This document shows positions 61,832 to 64,000 of a DNA stretch of 64,000 nt, in pieces. The first letter of the stretch is position 1. Each line of letters starts with the position of its first letter. The position numbers and the translations under genes were made by a program. Below the pieces are notes generated by a model. It was not told the DNA's origin. It worked only from the letters and a program-made list of their open reading frames with translations, and searched no databases. Source of the DNA: a bacterium (GTDB lineage Bacteria > DUMJ01); contig DUMJ01000042.1 in NCBI GenBank assembly GCA_012839925.1, positions 31,441 to 95,440 on the forward strand. The letters are read 5' to 3'.

Positions 61832-63805
61832 ATGTTCAGACCATTTCTGGATGGATATTATGATGTAGAGAATCAGCTACCTGAGTATGTAAAGAGGAAG
61901 GCATTCGAATACTTCAAAAGAGAGGAAGAGGAGAAGAGCAGTATAAAAAGTATCGAGGAGTTTGAAAAGAGAAGAAACAGAATTAGAGAATATTTTATAG
62001 ATGCTATAGGGGGATTAGATATCGAGAAGACAGACCTGAAGGCTAAGATTACAGGCACTGTAGAAAGAGAGAACTATATTATAAATAAAATTGTATATCA
62101 GAGTATTCCTGGTTTCTATGTGACTGCAAATCTATATCTCCCAAAAGAGATAGAAGAAAAGTCTCCTGCTGTATTATTTGCCTGTGGGCATTGGGAATGG
62201 GCAAAAACTGCGCCTGAGTACCAAAGAATATGCATAGAACTTGTAAATAATGGTTTTGTAGTTTTAGCTGTTGACCCTATCGGTCAGGGAGAGAGGATGC
62301 AGTACTATGATAAATTTTTAAAGAGAACCCTGGTGAGATGGGGAACGATGGAGCACTCTTACGCTGGACTTCAATGTACACTGACAGGTGCTGGTATAGC
62401 AAGATACTTTACATGGGACTTAATAAGGGCTATCGACCTGTTAGAATCTCTTCCAGATGTTGATAATGAGAGGATAGGTATAACTGGAAACTCTGGAGGA
62501 GGAACCCAGACGTCTTATATGCTGTTAGTCGAGCCCAGACTGAAAGTAGCTGTTCCCTGTACCTATATTACATCGAGAGAAGAGTATATGAAGACAGGAC
62601 AGGCTCATGATAATGAACAGAACATATTTAAGGCTATCTCAATGGGATTAAACTATGATGACTTTGTTACTGGCTTTGCTCCAAAACCAGTGATGATAGG
62701 TGCTGTTGATTCAGACTTCTTCTGTATAGAAGGGACACTCAGGTCTTACGAGAGAGCAAAAGCGATTTATAAACTCTATGGTAAGGAAGAAGACATAAAA
62801 CTGTATGTAACGAAAGGTACCCACAGCTACAACGATGAACTCAGAGAAGAAGCGGTAGGGTGGTTTGTAAAATATTTAAAAGGAGAAAAGAGGAGTAAAA
62901 GTTCAGATATAAAAGTTGAAGAGGATGAGACCCTGAGATGTACAATATCCGGGCAGGTACTTGCAGAATTTGATGATGCAAAGAATATAACCGAACTGAA
63001 TTATGACTACTTCAAAAAATATCATAAGGAGATATCAGGTAAGGAAAATATAAGAGAGAAACTCCTTGAGATTTTAAACCTGCCACAGGATAAAAGACCT
63101 CTCTATCCGAGGACGATAGAATCAGGGTCTTTTAATGGGTTCCCCTATAAGAAGGTATTTATGTTTACAGAAACAGACATAACAACAGCTGGAGTATATT
63201 TCTCTGGAGAAGGTAGTAATCTATGCACATTGTTACTTTTAGATAATGGAACAGAAGATGTATTGAAAGAATTTGATTTGATAAGGAGTTTCCTATCTAG
63301 AGGAGATGTATTTGTATATGACCCTAGAGGAATTGGTTCAGTAAAGTGTAGAGATATAAATCTTCATGGATTTTATGAGTATTACGGAACTGAGTATAAG
63401 TTGAATTTTGATCTAATAATGCTAGGGACATCTATGACTGCCTTGAGAGTTTTTGATATCTTGAGAGCTTTCGAATACGTTAAAGAGGTTAATCCAAAAG
63501 CTACTCTTTCTATAGCTGGGAAAGGAGTAAGCTCCATATATGCGCTATTTGCCAGTGTGATTGATGAAAGTGTAAAAGAGATATACCTGGAAGATATTCT
63601 CTATTCTTATGAGGAGTTAATCTCTTCCAGATACTACAGGTATGACCCTAGACTTGAGATATATGGAATAGCAAGATATTTCGATATTAAAGATCTTATA
63701 TCCTGTATAAGCGATAGAAATGTTGTTCTGGTAAACCCAAGAGATAGCAGGGGAGAGATAGCTAATATAGAGGAACTTGGAGGAGTAAAAGCCTACAGGT
63801 ACTAG
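61832..63805 (+). CDS. Alpha/beta-hydrolase (putative carbohydrate esterase/peptidase S9-like)
   Basis: 657 aa; nucleophile elbow GITGNSGGG, later Asp/His candidates. Confidence 0.5.
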   Translation: MFRPFLDGYYDVENQLPEYVKRKAFEYFKREEEEKSSIKSIEEFEKRRNRIREYFIDAIGGLDIEKTDLKAKITGTVERENYIINKIVYQSIPGFYVTANLYLPKEIEEKSPAVLFACGHWEWAKTAPEYQRICIELVNNGFVVLAVDPIGQGERMQYYDKFLKRTLVRWGTMEHSYAGLQCTLTGAGIARYFTWDLIRAIDLLESLPDVDNERIGITGNSGGGTQTSYMLLVEPRLKVAVPCTYITSREEYMKTGQAHDNEQNIFKAISMGLNYDDFVTGFAPKPVMIGAVDSDFFCIEGTLRSYERAKAIYKLYGKEEDIKLYVTKGTHSYNDELREEAVGWFVKYLKGEKRSKSSDIKVEEDETLRCTISGQVLAEFDDAKNITELNYDYFKKYHKEISGKENIREKLLEILNLPQDKRPLYPRTIESGSFNGFPYKKVFMFTETDITTAGVYFSGEGSNLCTLLLLDNGTEDVLKEFDLIRSFLSRGDVFVYDPRGIGSVKCRDINLHGFYEYYGTEYKLNFDLIMLGTSMTALRVFDILRAFEYVKEVNPKATLSIAGKGVSSIYALFASVIDESVKEIYLEDILYSYEELISSRYYRYDPRLEIYGIARYFDIKDLISCISDRNVVLVNPRDSRGEIANIEELGGVKAYRY

Positions 63806-63817
63806 GAGGGAGAAAAG

Positions 63818-64000
63818 ATGAAACGCTATGTAATGGTTGGTGCAAGTAGCAGAGGATTCTATATGTATGCCATCCCAATAACTGAGAGATTCAAGGACTA
63901 TGCAAAATTAGTAGGTATATTCGATATAAATAGGAAGAGGGCAGAATATGTAAGTAATTACTGCGGAGGGGTCCCAGTCTTTGACGACTTTGATAAGATG
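63818..64000 (+). CDS. Gfo/Idh/MocA family oxidoreductase (N-terminal part; runs off window)
   Basis: AGGAGG RBS, ATG 63818, MKRYVMVGASSRGFYMY... Rossmann-like start. Confidence 0.6.
   Translation, partial: MKRYVMVGASSRGFYMYAIPITERFKDYAKLVGIFDINRKRAEYVSNYCGGVPVFDDFDKM

Noticed and set aside
1-64000. CRISPR arrays, rRNA genes, integrases and prophage or defence-type nuclease/helicase genes
   Set aside because: No regularly spaced direct repeats and no such coding signatures were seen. The accessory character of the window is metabolic (redox complex, sugar loci) rather than defence.

Overview
This 64-kb window comes from a low-GC, probably thermophilic anaerobic bacterium (frequent AGA/AGG/ATA codons, AGGAGG ribosome-binding sites). 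It is densely coding, mostly on the + strand, and falls into five parts.

(1) Positions 1-15.5 kb are housekeeping. A TPP riboswitch on the minus strand controls a thiT-thiN thiamine-salvage operon. Three tRNAs (Lys-CTT, Leu-TAG, Gly-GCC) follow. The conserved tig-clpP-clpX-lon-valS-folC run comes next, with nnr, a geranylgeranyl-reductase-like flavoprotein and a URO-D-like protein upstream.

(2) Positions 15.5-24.6 kb hold a cassette associated with [FeFe]-hydrogenases. It contains a sensory-type HydS with non-canonical H-cluster motifs and a C-terminal Cx2Cx4Cx16C motif, two DRTGG proteins, a CBS-HATPase kinase-like protein and a PHP phosphoesterase. These are followed by hydC(nuoE)-HATPase-fdx-hydB(nuoF). 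The nuoF-like gene runs straight into rnfD-rnfE-rnfA. No catalytic hydA, rnfC, rnfG or rnfB is present. This NuoEF/Rnf-core gene fusion is the most unusual thing in the window.

(3) Positions 24.6-27.5 kb hold glmS and a minus-strand pair of a PII-like protein with a membrane protein.

(4) Positions 27.5-33.3 kb hold a GH31 glycosidase, an orphan family-5 ABC substrate-binding protein and a truncated IS4/IS5-type transposase. This segment is bracketed by two copies of a ~230/135-nt direct repeat.

(5) Positions 33.3-64 kb are biosynthesis and carbohydrate catabolism. They include metY-metX-metW behind a consensus sigma-70 promoter, a divergent cysK and an IMPDH-family protein. Downstream, a LacI-type regulator with a perfect 20-bp palindromic operator sits upstream of a substrate-binding protein, dehydrogenases, an enolase-superfamily dehydratase and an EtfAB plus FAD-linked oxidase module. 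Further downstream a ROK regulator precedes a PIG-L deacetylase, a third paralogous substrate-binding protein, a six-hairpin-like protein, a transglutaminase-like/FN3 protein, a second URO-D-like protein, TIM-barrel isomerases, an alpha/beta hydrolase and a Gfo/Idh/MocA oxidoreductase that runs off the window.

No CRISPR array, rRNA or intact mobile element was seen.
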